This document shows positions 24,106 through 31,980 of a stretch of DNA of 32,000 nt, one piece after another. The notes below the pieces were generated by a model. The model saw only the letters and a list, made by a program, of their open reading frames with translations, made no database searches and was not told the origin of the DNA. The number at the start of each line of letters is the position of its first letter. Positions within the stretch are counted from its first letter, which is position 1. The translations under genes and the position numbers were made by a program. This DNA is from Candidatus Saccharimonadota bacterium (GTDB lineage: Bacteria; Patescibacteriota; Saccharimonadia; Saccharimonadales; Saccharimonadaceae): contig CP064995.1 in NCBI GenBank assembly GCA_016700015.1, positions 930,001 to 962,000 of the forward strand. Direction: 5' to 3'.

Positions 24106-24111
24106 GCAGCT

Positions 24112-24990
24112 ATGAAGGCAACTAATATACGACCGATTACCATTGTCGAGATTATTTATAATCCCAACAGTACTGGTGATGGTGAGAAAAATGCCCGCGA
24201 GTTTGCTGAAAAGCTAAAGAGCGTCGGGCTGACGGTGAAACTGCAACCCACCAAGCATGCGGGACACGCGGTGACACTGGCAAAAGCGTTTGCTGATGCT
24301 CATCCAAACGGGATGGTGATTTCATCGAGCGGCGATGGCGGGTACCACGAGGTTGTTAACGGTGTGCTTTCGTCGAAAAACCCCACGGTTGTGACGGGCG
24401 TTTTGCCAAGTGGCAATGCTAACGACCATTATCACTTTGTGCACCACGGCGATACGATCAAACGCATCGAACGCTCAGCCATAGATACGATTGATATAGT
24501 GCAGGTCACAACGAGCCAGTGGCAACACTCGGCCCACTCATACGTGGGGCTGGGCATGACGCCGCAGATCGGAGAGCAGCTCACGAAAGCCAAGCTCAAT
24601 ACCTGGGTCGAAGCGTGGTTAGTCATCACTCATTTGTTTCGTATTCGGTCTGTAAAACTGAAGATAGGCCGTAAAGTCAGACAGTACGACCATGTTGTTT
24701 TTAGTAATACCGGTCGAATGTCAAAGTATCTCACGCTTGCCACCGACGCGGCAATCGACGATGGACTGTTTGAGATAACCAGGGTGAAAGCGGGCTCGCT
24801 GGTAAGATTACTTGCACACATTTGGCAGGCGGTGACTCGACAAACTGACGTCACACCACGCGCTAACAGGTTTGATTTTACGGTACTGCGGGCAACCACG
24901 ATCCAGCTTGACGGAGAAGTCTATCCGCTGGCTGCTGGTGAGCGAGTGACTGTCGTCTGTAAGCGGCGAATGCTGAACTGTATCGTGTAG
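24112..24990 (+). CDS. Diacylglycerol kinase catalytic-domain family lipid kinase (YegS/BmrU-like)
   Basis: 'IIYNPNSTGDG', 'VISSSGDGGYHEVVNG' (GGDGT-type loop) and 'LPSGNANDH'. Confidence 0.8.
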   Translation: MKATNIRPITIVEIIYNPNSTGDGEKNAREFAEKLKSVGLTVKLQPTKHAGHAVTLAKAFADAHPNGMVISSSGDGGYHEVVNGVLSSKNPTVVTGVLPSGNANDHYHFVHHGDTIKRIERSAIDTIDIVQVTTSQWQHSAHSYVGLGMTPQIGEQLTKAKLNTWVEAWLVITHLFRIRSVKLKIGRKVRQYDHVVFSNTGRMSKYLTLATDAAIDDGLFEITRVKAGSLVRLLAHIWQAVTRQTDVTPRANRFDFTVLRATTIQLDGEVYPLAAGERVTVVCKRRMLNCIV

Positions 24991-25081
24991 TGATAGTGAA
25001 GCATTTAGGCCTGTGTGACGCGCGCGAGGTGTCCACAGTGGGGCTATGATATGATTAACAGGAAAAGGGAAAAATTGATCA

Positions 25082-26857
25082 ATGCGCAAGACGATCCAAA
25101 CTTCGATTAAAAAGATTTCACCGACTTCCAACCATGAGATCTCACAGTTAGTGTTTGCGCTTCTAGTCGTTTTAGTTGGTGTTGTTGTGTCGTACGTGAT
25201 GTCCATGGCTGTCGCACAGCAGTCGGTGCGTGATCAGCAGGCAGCGACTACTGCGCAAACGACAGCAGTACGGACCTATCTTACTACACAGCTCCACTCT
25301 TACGAGCAACTTCTTCATTCGGCATCGGCGGTGTTCGCAGTGCGGCCAGACCTAAGCAGGAATGAATGGCGTGAGTACTTACAGAAAAGCCGGACCTTTC
25401 AAGATTATCCAGCAATTCTTGGCATAGGCTATGCGCAGGTGGTAGCCGGAACAGATATTGCTCGTCACGAGCAGACTATACGTCAGGATCCTGGACTCGC
25501 CGACTATACTGTTCACCCAGTAGACCAACGAGACATGTATACTGCGATCGTGTATCTTGAACCAGCGAATGACAGCAATCGTAGAGCAATGGGTTACGAC
25601 ATGTTTTCCGAGCCGGTGAGGCGTATGGCGATGGAACATGCACGTGATAGTGCCAATGCAGCCATGACGGCTCCCGTGCGCCTTGTCCAAGACCAGGACG
25701 ATCCTTCCAAGACGGGTGTTCTATTGTACTATCCAATGTATCGCACCGTGACTGTCCCAACGACGATCGAAGAGCGTCGTGCAGCACTGACAGGCTATGT
25801 CTATATTGCAGTGCGCCCGAGCGATATCATAGCCAATACGTTTGCTTCTGAGGATAATTTACGAAATATGTCGTTTACTCTTAGTGATGTCGATACACAG
25901 CAAGTCACCTACCTTCAGACCCAACCAAGTAATGGATTGCGTGTAAAGTACGAAGATGACGCGCAAATGGCCATACTTGACCGCAACTGGCAGGTAAAGC
26001 TGGTGTCATACCAATCAGTTCTGCAGCGCTATACGGGTCCTGCGACTATTTTCCTACTTGGCGTTATTGTTAGTACGATTGCAGGGGGTATTATGTATAT
26101 TTTGCTAATCGCACGTCTCCGTCGTATTAGTAGCGACATGGACCAAGAAGTAAAACGGGCGAAGGATGATATTCTTGCTTTGACATCTCATCAATTGCGC
26201 ACACCAGCCAGTGGTGTTAAGCAGTACCTTGGTATGCTAAAGCAAGGCTTTATGGGACCGCTTACGACCGATCAGCAGCAGATAGCCGAAAAAGCCTACC
26301 ATGCAAATGAGCGACAGCTTGAGATTATTGACCAAATGTTGCATGTTGCCAAAGCCGACGCTGGTAAACTAAAAATGGTCATGACGGCAGTGACGGTCGC
26401 TCCACTTGTACACGAAGTACTCGAAGCCTTGGCTAGTGACATCCGCCGCAAAAAGATTACTCCCGTGCTTAGGCTGGCGCCATCAGCGACCGTGCACGGG
26501 GATGCGCGGTACGTCAGAATGATTCTCGAAAACCTGATTTCCAATGCCATTAAGTATTCGTATGACGATAGTTCGATTACTATCACTGTAAAGAAGCATC
26601 AGCGGAGCGTGGTTATTATCGTAGCCGACAAGGGAGTCGGTATCGCAGAACCTGATATCGCTAAACTATTTACAAAATTTGGCAGGCTAAGCAACGAACT
26701 ATCGGTAAAAGAAGGCGGTTCGGGCCTGGGTTTATTTTTGGCCAAGCTCCTCGTCGAGCGTCATCATGGCAAGCTACTTGTTGCTTCTAAGCTCGGCCGG
26801 GGGACGACGTTCACCTGCAGCTTGCCCAGTGTTGCCGCCGATTACCGAGGTGTATAA
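25082..26857 (+). CDS. Sensor histidine kinase with an extracytoplasmic CHASE domain
   Basis: TM1 ~LVFALLVVLVGVVVSYVM. CHASE-like blocks 'ILGIGYAQVV', 'YTAIVYLEP...NRRAMGYDMFSEPVRR' and 'TAPVRLVQD'. TM2 ~IFLLGVIVSTIAGGIMYILLI. H-box 'LTSHQLRTPASG'. HATPase 'NLISNAIKYS', 'DKGVGI' and 'GGSGLGLFLAK'. Confidence 0.88.
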   Translation: MRKTIQTSIKKISPTSNHEISQLVFALLVVLVGVVVSYVMSMAVAQQSVRDQQAATTAQTTAVRTYLTTQLHSYEQLLHSASAVFAVRPDLSRNEWREYLQKSRTFQDYPAILGIGYAQVVAGTDIARHEQTIRQDPGLADYTVHPVDQRDMYTAIVYLEPANDSNRRAMGYDMFSEPVRRMAMEHARDSANAAMTAPVRLVQDQDDPSKTGVLLYYPMYRTVTVPTTIEERRAALTGYVYIAVRPSDIIANTFASEDNLRNMSFTLSDVDTQQVTYLQTQPSNGLRVKYEDDAQMAILDRNWQVKLVSYQSVLQRYTGPATIFLLGVIVSTIAGGIMYILLIARLRRISSDMDQEVKRAKDDILALTSHQLRTPASGVKQYLGMLKQGFMGPLTTDQQQIAEKAYHANERQLEIIDQMLHVAKADAGKLKMVMTAVTVAPLVHEVLEALASDIRRKKITPVLRLAPSATVHGDARYVRMILENLISNAIKYSYDDSSITITVKKHQRSVVIIVADKGVGIAEPDIAKLFTKFGRLSNELSVKEGGSGLGLFLAKLLVERHHGKLLVASKLGRGTTFTCSLPSVAADYRGV

Positions 26858-26864
26858 TCAGGCT

Positions 26865-27761
26865 ATGAGCGCAGTTATTGAAATGCACGAGCTAACCAAA
26901 AGTTATGGACAAGCCCGAGGTATCAGCAAACTTTCCCTGCAAATCGAAGAGGGAGAAATTTTCGGATTTATCGGGCCAAATGGGGCTGGGAAAAGTACAG
27001 CAATTCGTACGCTCCTAGGGCTTATTAAACCGACTAGTGGTACTGCAACGATTTTTGGCAAAGACATCGTTACTCATGGTCCTGAAATTCGCGAAGAAAT
27101 AGGCTATTTACCAAGCGAGGTGTTTTACTATGACAACATGCGAGTGATTGATCTCCTGCGCTACTCGGCCAGCTTTTATCACAAACCAAGGCGAGAAATG
27201 GATGCTCGTATGAACCAGATCGCGAAGCTTCTCAATCTCGATCTTCATAGAAAAATCGATGATCTCAGTTATGGTAACAAGAAAAAAGTGGGCATTGTAC
27301 AAGGACTGCTGCATAGCCCGAAACTTATAATCCTAGACGAACCAACAGGCGGGCTTGACCCACTCATGCAGCAAACATTTTTTGATTTATTACGCGAAGA
27401 AAACAAACGTGGCGCGACGATTTTGTTCAGTAGCCATATTTTGAGTGAAGTTCAGAAAATGTGTGACCGTGTAGCCATCATCAAAGATGGCCGACTTGTG
27501 AAAGTTGAAAAAATGACCGAGCTTCGGAGTAATAATTATCTGCGCTGTCGCTTTGAACCTAGCGGCGAACTACAAAAAGCCACGCTGAAGCTGCCTGGAA
27601 TTAGCAATGTCCAAGTCACGGGGCGACAGGTAAGTTTCTTGTATCGCGGCGATGTGCATGTTGTACTCGGCCTGCTCGCTAGGCTGAAGCCACGTAGCGC
27701 CTGGATTGAAGAACCCGAGCTAGAGGAGATCTTCATGCATTACTACGAGAAAGCGCAGTAG
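26865..27761 (+). CDS. ABC transporter ATP-binding protein
   Basis: The start is taken at ATG 26865, 7 nt after the kinase stop. Walker A 'GPNGAGKST', signature 'LSYGNKKKV', Walker B 'LIILDEPTGGLD'. Confidence 0.9.
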   Translation: MSAVIEMHELTKSYGQARGISKLSLQIEEGEIFGFIGPNGAGKSTAIRTLLGLIKPTSGTATIFGKDIVTHGPEIREEIGYLPSEVFYYDNMRVIDLLRYSASFYHKPRREMDARMNQIAKLLNLDLHRKIDDLSYGNKKKVGIVQGLLHSPKLIILDEPTGGLDPLMQQTFFDLLREENKRGATILFSSHILSEVQKMCDRVAIIKDGRLVKVEKMTELRSNNYLRCRFEPSGELQKATLKLPGISNVQVTGRQVSFLYRGDVHVVLGLLARLKPRSAWIEEPELEEIFMHYYEKAQ

Positions 27762-27764
27762 CAT

Positions 27765-28568
27765 ATGAACGTGCTGCGTTTTGAGCTGCGAGCGGCTCGC
27801 ACCACGACAGCGTTGTGGATAGTTGCGATTTTGGCGCTGACATCGATGTACCTTTCGATTTACCCTGCTTTTAGCAGTGATGCCGATCAGCTAATAAAGA
27901 CACTTCAGCACATTCCAGCGGCCATGAATCATATTCTTGGTATGGGTGGTGACCTGCGGCTATTTAGTTTCTTTGGGTTTTTTGGCAATGTATTTCCGTT
28001 TGTCACCCTCATTGGCGCCATTCAAGCGACGGTAGTTGGGCTCGGTATTCTTTCCAAAGAGCCAGCTACCAACACGACTGATTTCTTGTTATCAAAACCA
28101 AAAACCCGCACTGCGGTGTATGGCGAGAAGGTAGCGGCGAGCTTAGGGCTATTAATTGTTACGGAAATTGTGGTCACTGTGAGTGCTTATATACTAGCAA
28201 AAGCATTCGGTTCGGGCGATATTGACGGAACACAATACTTGCTGTTCTGGGGAGCATTTGCGCTTATTCAATGGTGGTTTTTTGGCCTAGGGCTACTACT
28301 CAGTCAATTAGTGAGAAAACTTAAATCCGTAACACCACTCGCGATTGGGGTTAGCTTCGGATTTTTCCTGCTGGCAATTTTTGGCATGATTGTTGGTGAT
28401 GATGCAGTGCGCTGGATGACGCCGTTTCGATTTATCGATTATAAAAAAATCGTCACTGATAGCGCCTACGACCCGGCCCATATTGTCTATGGCATAACGC
28501 TCACTATCATTTTTGTGGGTATCAGCTACATTATCTACACCAGAAAGGATATTCCGGCTGCCATATGA
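27765..28568 (+). CDS. ABC-2 type permease
   Basis: 267 aa with ~6 TM, directly after the ATPase. 'FLLSKPKTR' is the cytoplasmic-loop motif shared with the next gene. Confidence 0.75.
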   Translation: MNVLRFELRAARTTTALWIVAILALTSMYLSIYPAFSSDADQLIKTLQHIPAAMNHILGMGGDLRLFSFFGFFGNVFPFVTLIGAIQATVVGLGILSKEPATNTTDFLLSKPKTRTAVYGEKVAASLGLLIVTEIVVTVSAYILAKAFGSGDIDGTQYLLFWGAFALIQWWFFGLGLLLSQLVRKLKSVTPLAIGVSFGFFLLAIFGMIVGDDAVRWMTPFRFIDYKKIVTDSAYDPAHIVYGITLTIIFVGISYIIYTRKDIPAAI

Positions 28569-29362
28569 ATCTATTTCACCGCGAGTTACGGTCTCATCGT
28601 GTCCACCTGATTGCGTGGAGTGTAGTCATGATTATTTTTATGTATATTAGTATGGCAAAGTATGCAGCACTGGCGACCGACGCAGCAGCTTCGCAGGACC
28701 TTCTGAAAGTATTGCCCTCAACACTCCAGGCTGTGTTTGGGATGACCGGTCTTGACCTCACTACAATTGCGGGTTACTACGGTATTTGCTTCATCTTCAT
28801 CGCAGTGATGCTTGCAATCCACGCTGGCATGTTGGGAGCGGACCTCGTGGCAAAGGAAGAGCGTGACAAAACCGCAGAGTTTTTGTATGTGAAGCCGCGG
28901 CAGCGGGCATTTTTGCTGACGATGAAGCTACTGGCCGGTGTGGTGATTATGGCTGTGTTATTTGCGGTGACGGCCGCTTCGACCTATGGCTCGATTGCGT
29001 CAGTGAACCAAGGGAGCGTACCTACCGCTGATCTTGTGCCGTTCCACTACGCCATTCTTGTCATCCAAGTGCTGTTCTTCAGTATTGGCGTAGGGTTTGC
29101 GGCTGTGCTGCGCCAACCAAAACGGGCAACAGTGGGTGTCGCTGCTCTGGTGTTAGTTTGCTACATCGCCGACGTGCTACAAGGGCTATCGGGTTCGTTT
29201 GCGTGGCTAAAACAATTGACACCACTCGGCTACTTTGCGGCCCGTGATATACTTGCCGCGAAGCAAGTTGACACTACATATGTAATGATCTCACTATTAC
29301 TCGCAGCCATAGTACTCATCATCAGTTATCTAAGCTTTAGCAACCGCGATTTGAAGATATAG
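28565..29362 (+). CDS. ABC-2 type permease (paralog of the upstream gene)
   Basis: ATGA overlap at 28565-28568. 265 aa with ~6 TM. 'FLYVKPRQR' is equivalent to the upstream 'FLLSKPKTR'. Confidence 0.75.
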   Translation: MNLFHRELRSHRVHLIAWSVVMIIFMYISMAKYAALATDAAASQDLLKVLPSTLQAVFGMTGLDLTTIAGYYGICFIFIAVMLAIHAGMLGADLVAKEERDKTAEFLYVKPRQRAFLLTMKLLAGVVIMAVLFAVTAASTYGSIASVNQGSVPTADLVPFHYAILVIQVLFFSIGVGFAAVLRQPKRATVGVAALVLVCYIADVLQGLSGSFAWLKQLTPLGYFAARDILAAKQVDTTYVMISLLLAAIVLIISYLSFSNRDLKI

Positions 29363-29373
29363 CAAGAAAGTGC

Positions 29374-29402
29374 TTGCGTATTACCTGTAAGTGCTGTATA
29401 AA
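29374..29402 (+). promoter_or_regulatory. Sigma70-type promoter abutting the mini-ORF, upstream of tRNA-Gln
   Basis: TTGCGT (29374-29379), a 17-nt spacer, then TATAAA (29397-29402), then 6 nt to ATG 29409. Confidence 0.5.
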
Positions 29403-29408
29403 AGGGGT

Positions 29409-29462
29409 ATGACTGCTATTCGTCATCAACAAATTCTCACGCACCGCCGAGCGGTTGTTTAA
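29409..29462 (+). CDS. Candidate leaderless 17-codon leader peptide (MTAIRHQQILTHRRAVV)
   Basis: The ATG sits at the same N6 distance from a -10 box as the ~15 other leaderless genes here. It contains tandem CAA CAA codons (29427-29432). Coding status is unproven. Confidence 0.3.
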   Translation: MTAIRHQQILTHRRAVV

Positions 29463-29494
29463 GAAGCTGTCGAAAACAAACAGAACATTAACCC

Positions 29495-29526
29495 GCCGCT
29501 CACTCGAAAAGAAGCGGCATTTTTTG
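29495..29526 (+). terminator. Intrinsic terminator-like hairpin plus T-tract between the promoter and tRNA-Gln
   Basis: gccgct (29495-29500), a 12-nt loop, then agcggc (29513-29518), followed by a T6 run (29520-29525). The stem is short (6 bp). Confidence 0.45.
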
Positions 29527-29556
29527 TTCCAAAATAGTAGCTCATGTATCGCTTAA

Positions 29557-29631
29557 TCGGGGGTAGACTAAGCGGTAGGTCACTTGCCTTTGAAGCAAGT
29601 AATGGAGGTTCGAAACCTTCCCCCCGAGCCA
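29557..29631 (+). tRNA. tRNA-Gln (anticodon UUG), CCA encoded
   Basis: Folded manually. Acceptor tcggggg/cccccga (U1:A72); D arm gact-aagcggta-ggtc; anticodon arm cttgc-ct TTG aa-gcaag; variable loop taat; T arm ggagg-ttcgaaa-ccttc; discriminator G, then CCA. Confidence 0.9.
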
Positions 29632-29683
29632 AACAACATTAGTGCGGTCTGTAAAGTACCGCAGGAAGAAATGAGGTGCCACC

Positions 29684-29941
29684 ATGGCAGAAGGACTATC
29701 ACTACACGGCAGGAAAGAGCGACTCGCAGATGCGACCGACCTTACATCCGACGAGCTTCGTATGCACCAAACAGAGCTGGAAGCTCAATTGGCTGAAGCG
29801 CGAGAGCGTAAGATCACGCGTTGGCAAGAAGCAATCCCTGGTCTGCTGGCACTCATTAGGTTTGAACTTGATATGCGCGACCTAGATTCGCTTGATGATG
29901 TAGGCGTAGAGATGCCGGTGCCTGAACTGGCTAGGGTGTAA
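29684..29941 (+). CDS. Hypothetical small acidic helical protein
   Basis: 85 aa, with an SD-like GAGGTG 6 nt upstream. The composition is coiled-coil-like (ELEAQLAEARERK). It is preferred over the overlapping Arg/Cys-rich frames 29584 and 29676. Confidence 0.4.
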   Translation: MAEGLSLHGRKERLADATDLTSDELRMHQTELEAQLAEARERKITRWQEAIPGLLALIRFELDMRDLDSLDDVGVEMPVPELARV

Positions 29942-30269
29942 CAGACGGAGCATCGACAGGGGTCGCACTGACAGGTGCGGCCTCTTTTATTGGCAAGGGG
30001 GCTACAGGCGCGCCACGAGCTTTGTCGCGCTCATTCATTTCGCGTAAGATGTTGCGCGACTCGATAATCGCTTTGTTGGCGCGCCATTTTTCGATAAGAC
30101 TGACAAGGTAAAGGAACGTAATGATAATGGAGATAATTGTCAGTGCAATCAGGTAAGGCATGAGTGGCTCTATCAAAGCTTTGACATCGAACATTGAGCT
30201 GAGCGAGCCTGACGAAGAAGAGTCTTTCGAGGCACTATCGAGGAGAGATTGAAGTGTTGCAGCATCCAT
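29931..30269 (-). CDS. Single-pass membrane protein with a Pro/Ala-rich tail, hypothetical
   Basis: 112 aa. TM ~LMPYLIALTIISIIITFLYLVSLI. A leaderless-type promoter lies upstream. Confidence 0.5.
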   Translation of the reverse strand: MDAATLQSLLDSASKDSSSSGSLSSMFDVKALIEPLMPYLIALTIISIIITFLYLVSLIEKWRANKAIIESRNILREMNERDKARGAPVAPLPIKEAAPVSATPVDAPSVTP

Positions 30270-30275
30270 ATACGT

Positions 30276-30284
30276 AGCATACCA
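30276..30284 (-). promoter_or_regulatory. Extended -10 promoter abutting ATG 30269 (leaderless)
   Basis: On the minus strand: TGgTATGCT, then 6 nt (acgtat), then ATG. Confidence 0.45.
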
Positions 30285-30290
30285 TAAACG

Positions 30291-31274
30291 CTATACAAAG
30301 TTTGCCGATACCGATTCGTTGTGGTAGATACTGCGGATGGCTTCGCCGACGAGCGGTGCGACGCTAATGACATCGATTTCCTCTGGCGGCATATGAGAGG
30401 GCAGTTTGAGCGTGTCGGTAACGGCCACTCGCGCGATTACTCCGCTGCTTTTGGCGTGCAGTAAGCGTTCTGTTGCAGGGTCAGATAGCACACCGTGGGT
30501 AGCGACGACAGTGACTTCCTTGGCACCTTGTTTTATGAGCGCCTCGGCGCCTTCGACGATCGTGCCTGCGGTATCAATCATATCGTCAATGACAAAACAG
30601 CGCATGCCAGCCACCTGCCCGATAATCGCCATAACCTCTGCTTTATTAGCGCCAGTGCGCATTTTGTCGATGATAGCCCGCGGTTTATTAAAGCGTGCCG
30701 CATAGCGACGGTTGAGTTTGGCACGGCCCGAATCGGGTGATACGATTACCACATCGTCCGGGTCACCGCCATCTATTAAACTGCGTAAATAATCCTGGAT
30801 GGCGGGGTGAGCGGGGATAGCAGTGTACTCTGTTGTAAAGTCTGCTAGAAAACCAGCCGATTGACCTGCGTGAGGATCGACTTCTAAAATACGGTTCGCA
30901 CCAGCCATCGCCAGAAACCGCATGGCGAGCGGACCCATATAGGATTCATGAGAATTATCGGGTCGATCGGCCCTACCATAGCCGCGGTAGGGAACGACAG
31001 CAGTAACATCTCGTGCTGAAGCGCGACGGGCAGCATTGATAATAGCTGCTTGCTCCACCAGATGTTCATTAACAGATGCACCGTGAGACTGAAACACAAA
31101 CACGTCTGCGCCACGTACTGTGGGTACCTCGACTTTAAGTTCGGAATTTGCAAAGCGAGTTAGCCGTACATCGTGGACGTGCAGATGCAGGTAATCACCA
31201 ACCTTTTTAGTGAATTCAGGGCTGTAGCTTCCGCTCAGCAAAACAGGTCGTGTGCGTATCTTACGTTCTTTCAT
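30291..31274 (-). CDS. prs: Ribose-phosphate pyrophosphokinase (PRPP synthetase)
   Basis: The start is taken at ATG 31274 (MKERKIR...). 'FANSELKVEV', 'VVPYRGYGRADR', and the PRPP-binding loop 'CFVIDDMIDTAGT'. Confidence 0.9.
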   Translation of the reverse strand: MKERKIRTRPVLLSGSYSPEFTKKVGDYLHLHVHDVRLTRFANSELKVEVPTVRGADVFVFQSHGASVNEHLVEQAAIINAARRASARDVTAVVPYRGYGRADRPDNSHESYMGPLAMRFLAMAGANRILEVDPHAGQSAGFLADFTTEYTAIPAHPAIQDYLRSLIDGGDPDDVVIVSPDSGRAKLNRRYAARFNKPRAIIDKMRTGANKAEVMAIIGQVAGMRCFVIDDMIDTAGTIVEGAEALIKQGAKEVTVVATHGVLSDPATERLLHAKSSGVIARVAVTDTLKLPSHMPPEEIDVISVAPLVGEAIRSIYHNESVSANFV

Positions 31275-31280
31275 ACCACT

Positions 31281-31289
31281 ACTATAGCA
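31281..31289 (-). promoter_or_regulatory. Extended -10 promoter abutting ATG 31274 (leaderless)
   Basis: On the minus strand: TGcTATAGT, then 6 nt (agtggt), then ATG. Confidence 0.5.
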
Positions 31290-31376
31290 GATAGACTTAT
31301 AGTGTAAAATAGACACTTAGTCAAATCAATTTGACGACGATGACTCCTATGGTGTATTGGCAGCCCATACCACTTA

Positions 31377-31385
31377 TGGTATGAT
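31377..31385 (+). promoter_or_regulatory. Extended -10 promoter for the 31417 gene
   Basis: TGgTATGAT. The UTR carries AGGGAG before ATG 31417. Confidence 0.4.
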
Positions 31386-31416
31386 GTACTACAAGTAAGC
31401 ATATAGGGAGATCTAC

Positions 31417-31980
31417 ATGGAGACATTTTCTGGGCGTGGCAGTCGCCAGCCAGTACCACACCGCGAACCAGCTACGCATCATGAACCCGAAATGGCAGTT
31501 CCTGAGCCTGCCGCACCACAGCATTCATACGTACCGCGTAGCCCACGAGTGACTGAAAAGGCCAAGAAGAGCTGGCTCATGAAGGCGGTTATAGTCGTTG
31601 TGCTCTTGGGCGTGCTTGCCGCAGGTGTTTGGGGATACAATACACTCACACAGGGTCAACTGATTGATACTGGAAAGTATCAGGCGGTATTCTTGACGAA
31701 TGGCCAGGTATATTTTGGCAAGCTAAGTCGAGTGAGCGGTGATACCTATAAACTTAACAAAATCTTCTACCTTCAGGAGAATCAGACTGCAAGTGATTCT
31801 AATAACCCACAGAAAACCAGTGCCACAAACACCGACGTACAGCTCATTAAGCTCGGCAATGAAGTACATGGGCCAGATGATCAGATGGTCATCGATAAAT
31901 CCCAAGTTCTGTTTTACGAAAATCTCAACAAAGATGGTAAAGTCAGCAAATCGATTGCTGAATACTACGCCAAGAAGTAG
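31417..31980 (+). CDS. Membrane-anchored hypothetical protein
   Basis: 187 aa. It has a Pro/His-rich N-terminus, a TM (~AVIVVVLLGVLAAGVWGY), and then a conserved-looking 'QAVFLTNGQVYFGKL...LIKLGNEVHGPDDQMVI' domain. Confidence 0.6.
   Translation: METFSGRGSRQPVPHREPATHHEPEMAVPEPAAPQHSYVPRSPRVTEKAKKSWLMKAVIVVVLLGVLAAGVWGYNTLTQGQLIDTGKYQAVFLTNGQVYFGKLSRVSGDTYKLNKIFYLQENQTASDSNNPQKTSATNTDVQLIKLGNEVHGPDDQMVIDKSQVLFYENLNKDGKVSKSIAEYYAKK

Noticed and set aside
29632-30269. A tRNA-Gln-adjacent integrated element.
   Set aside because: No integrase, no repeat of the tRNA 3' end, and only two small hypothetical genes before the housekeeping prs gene.
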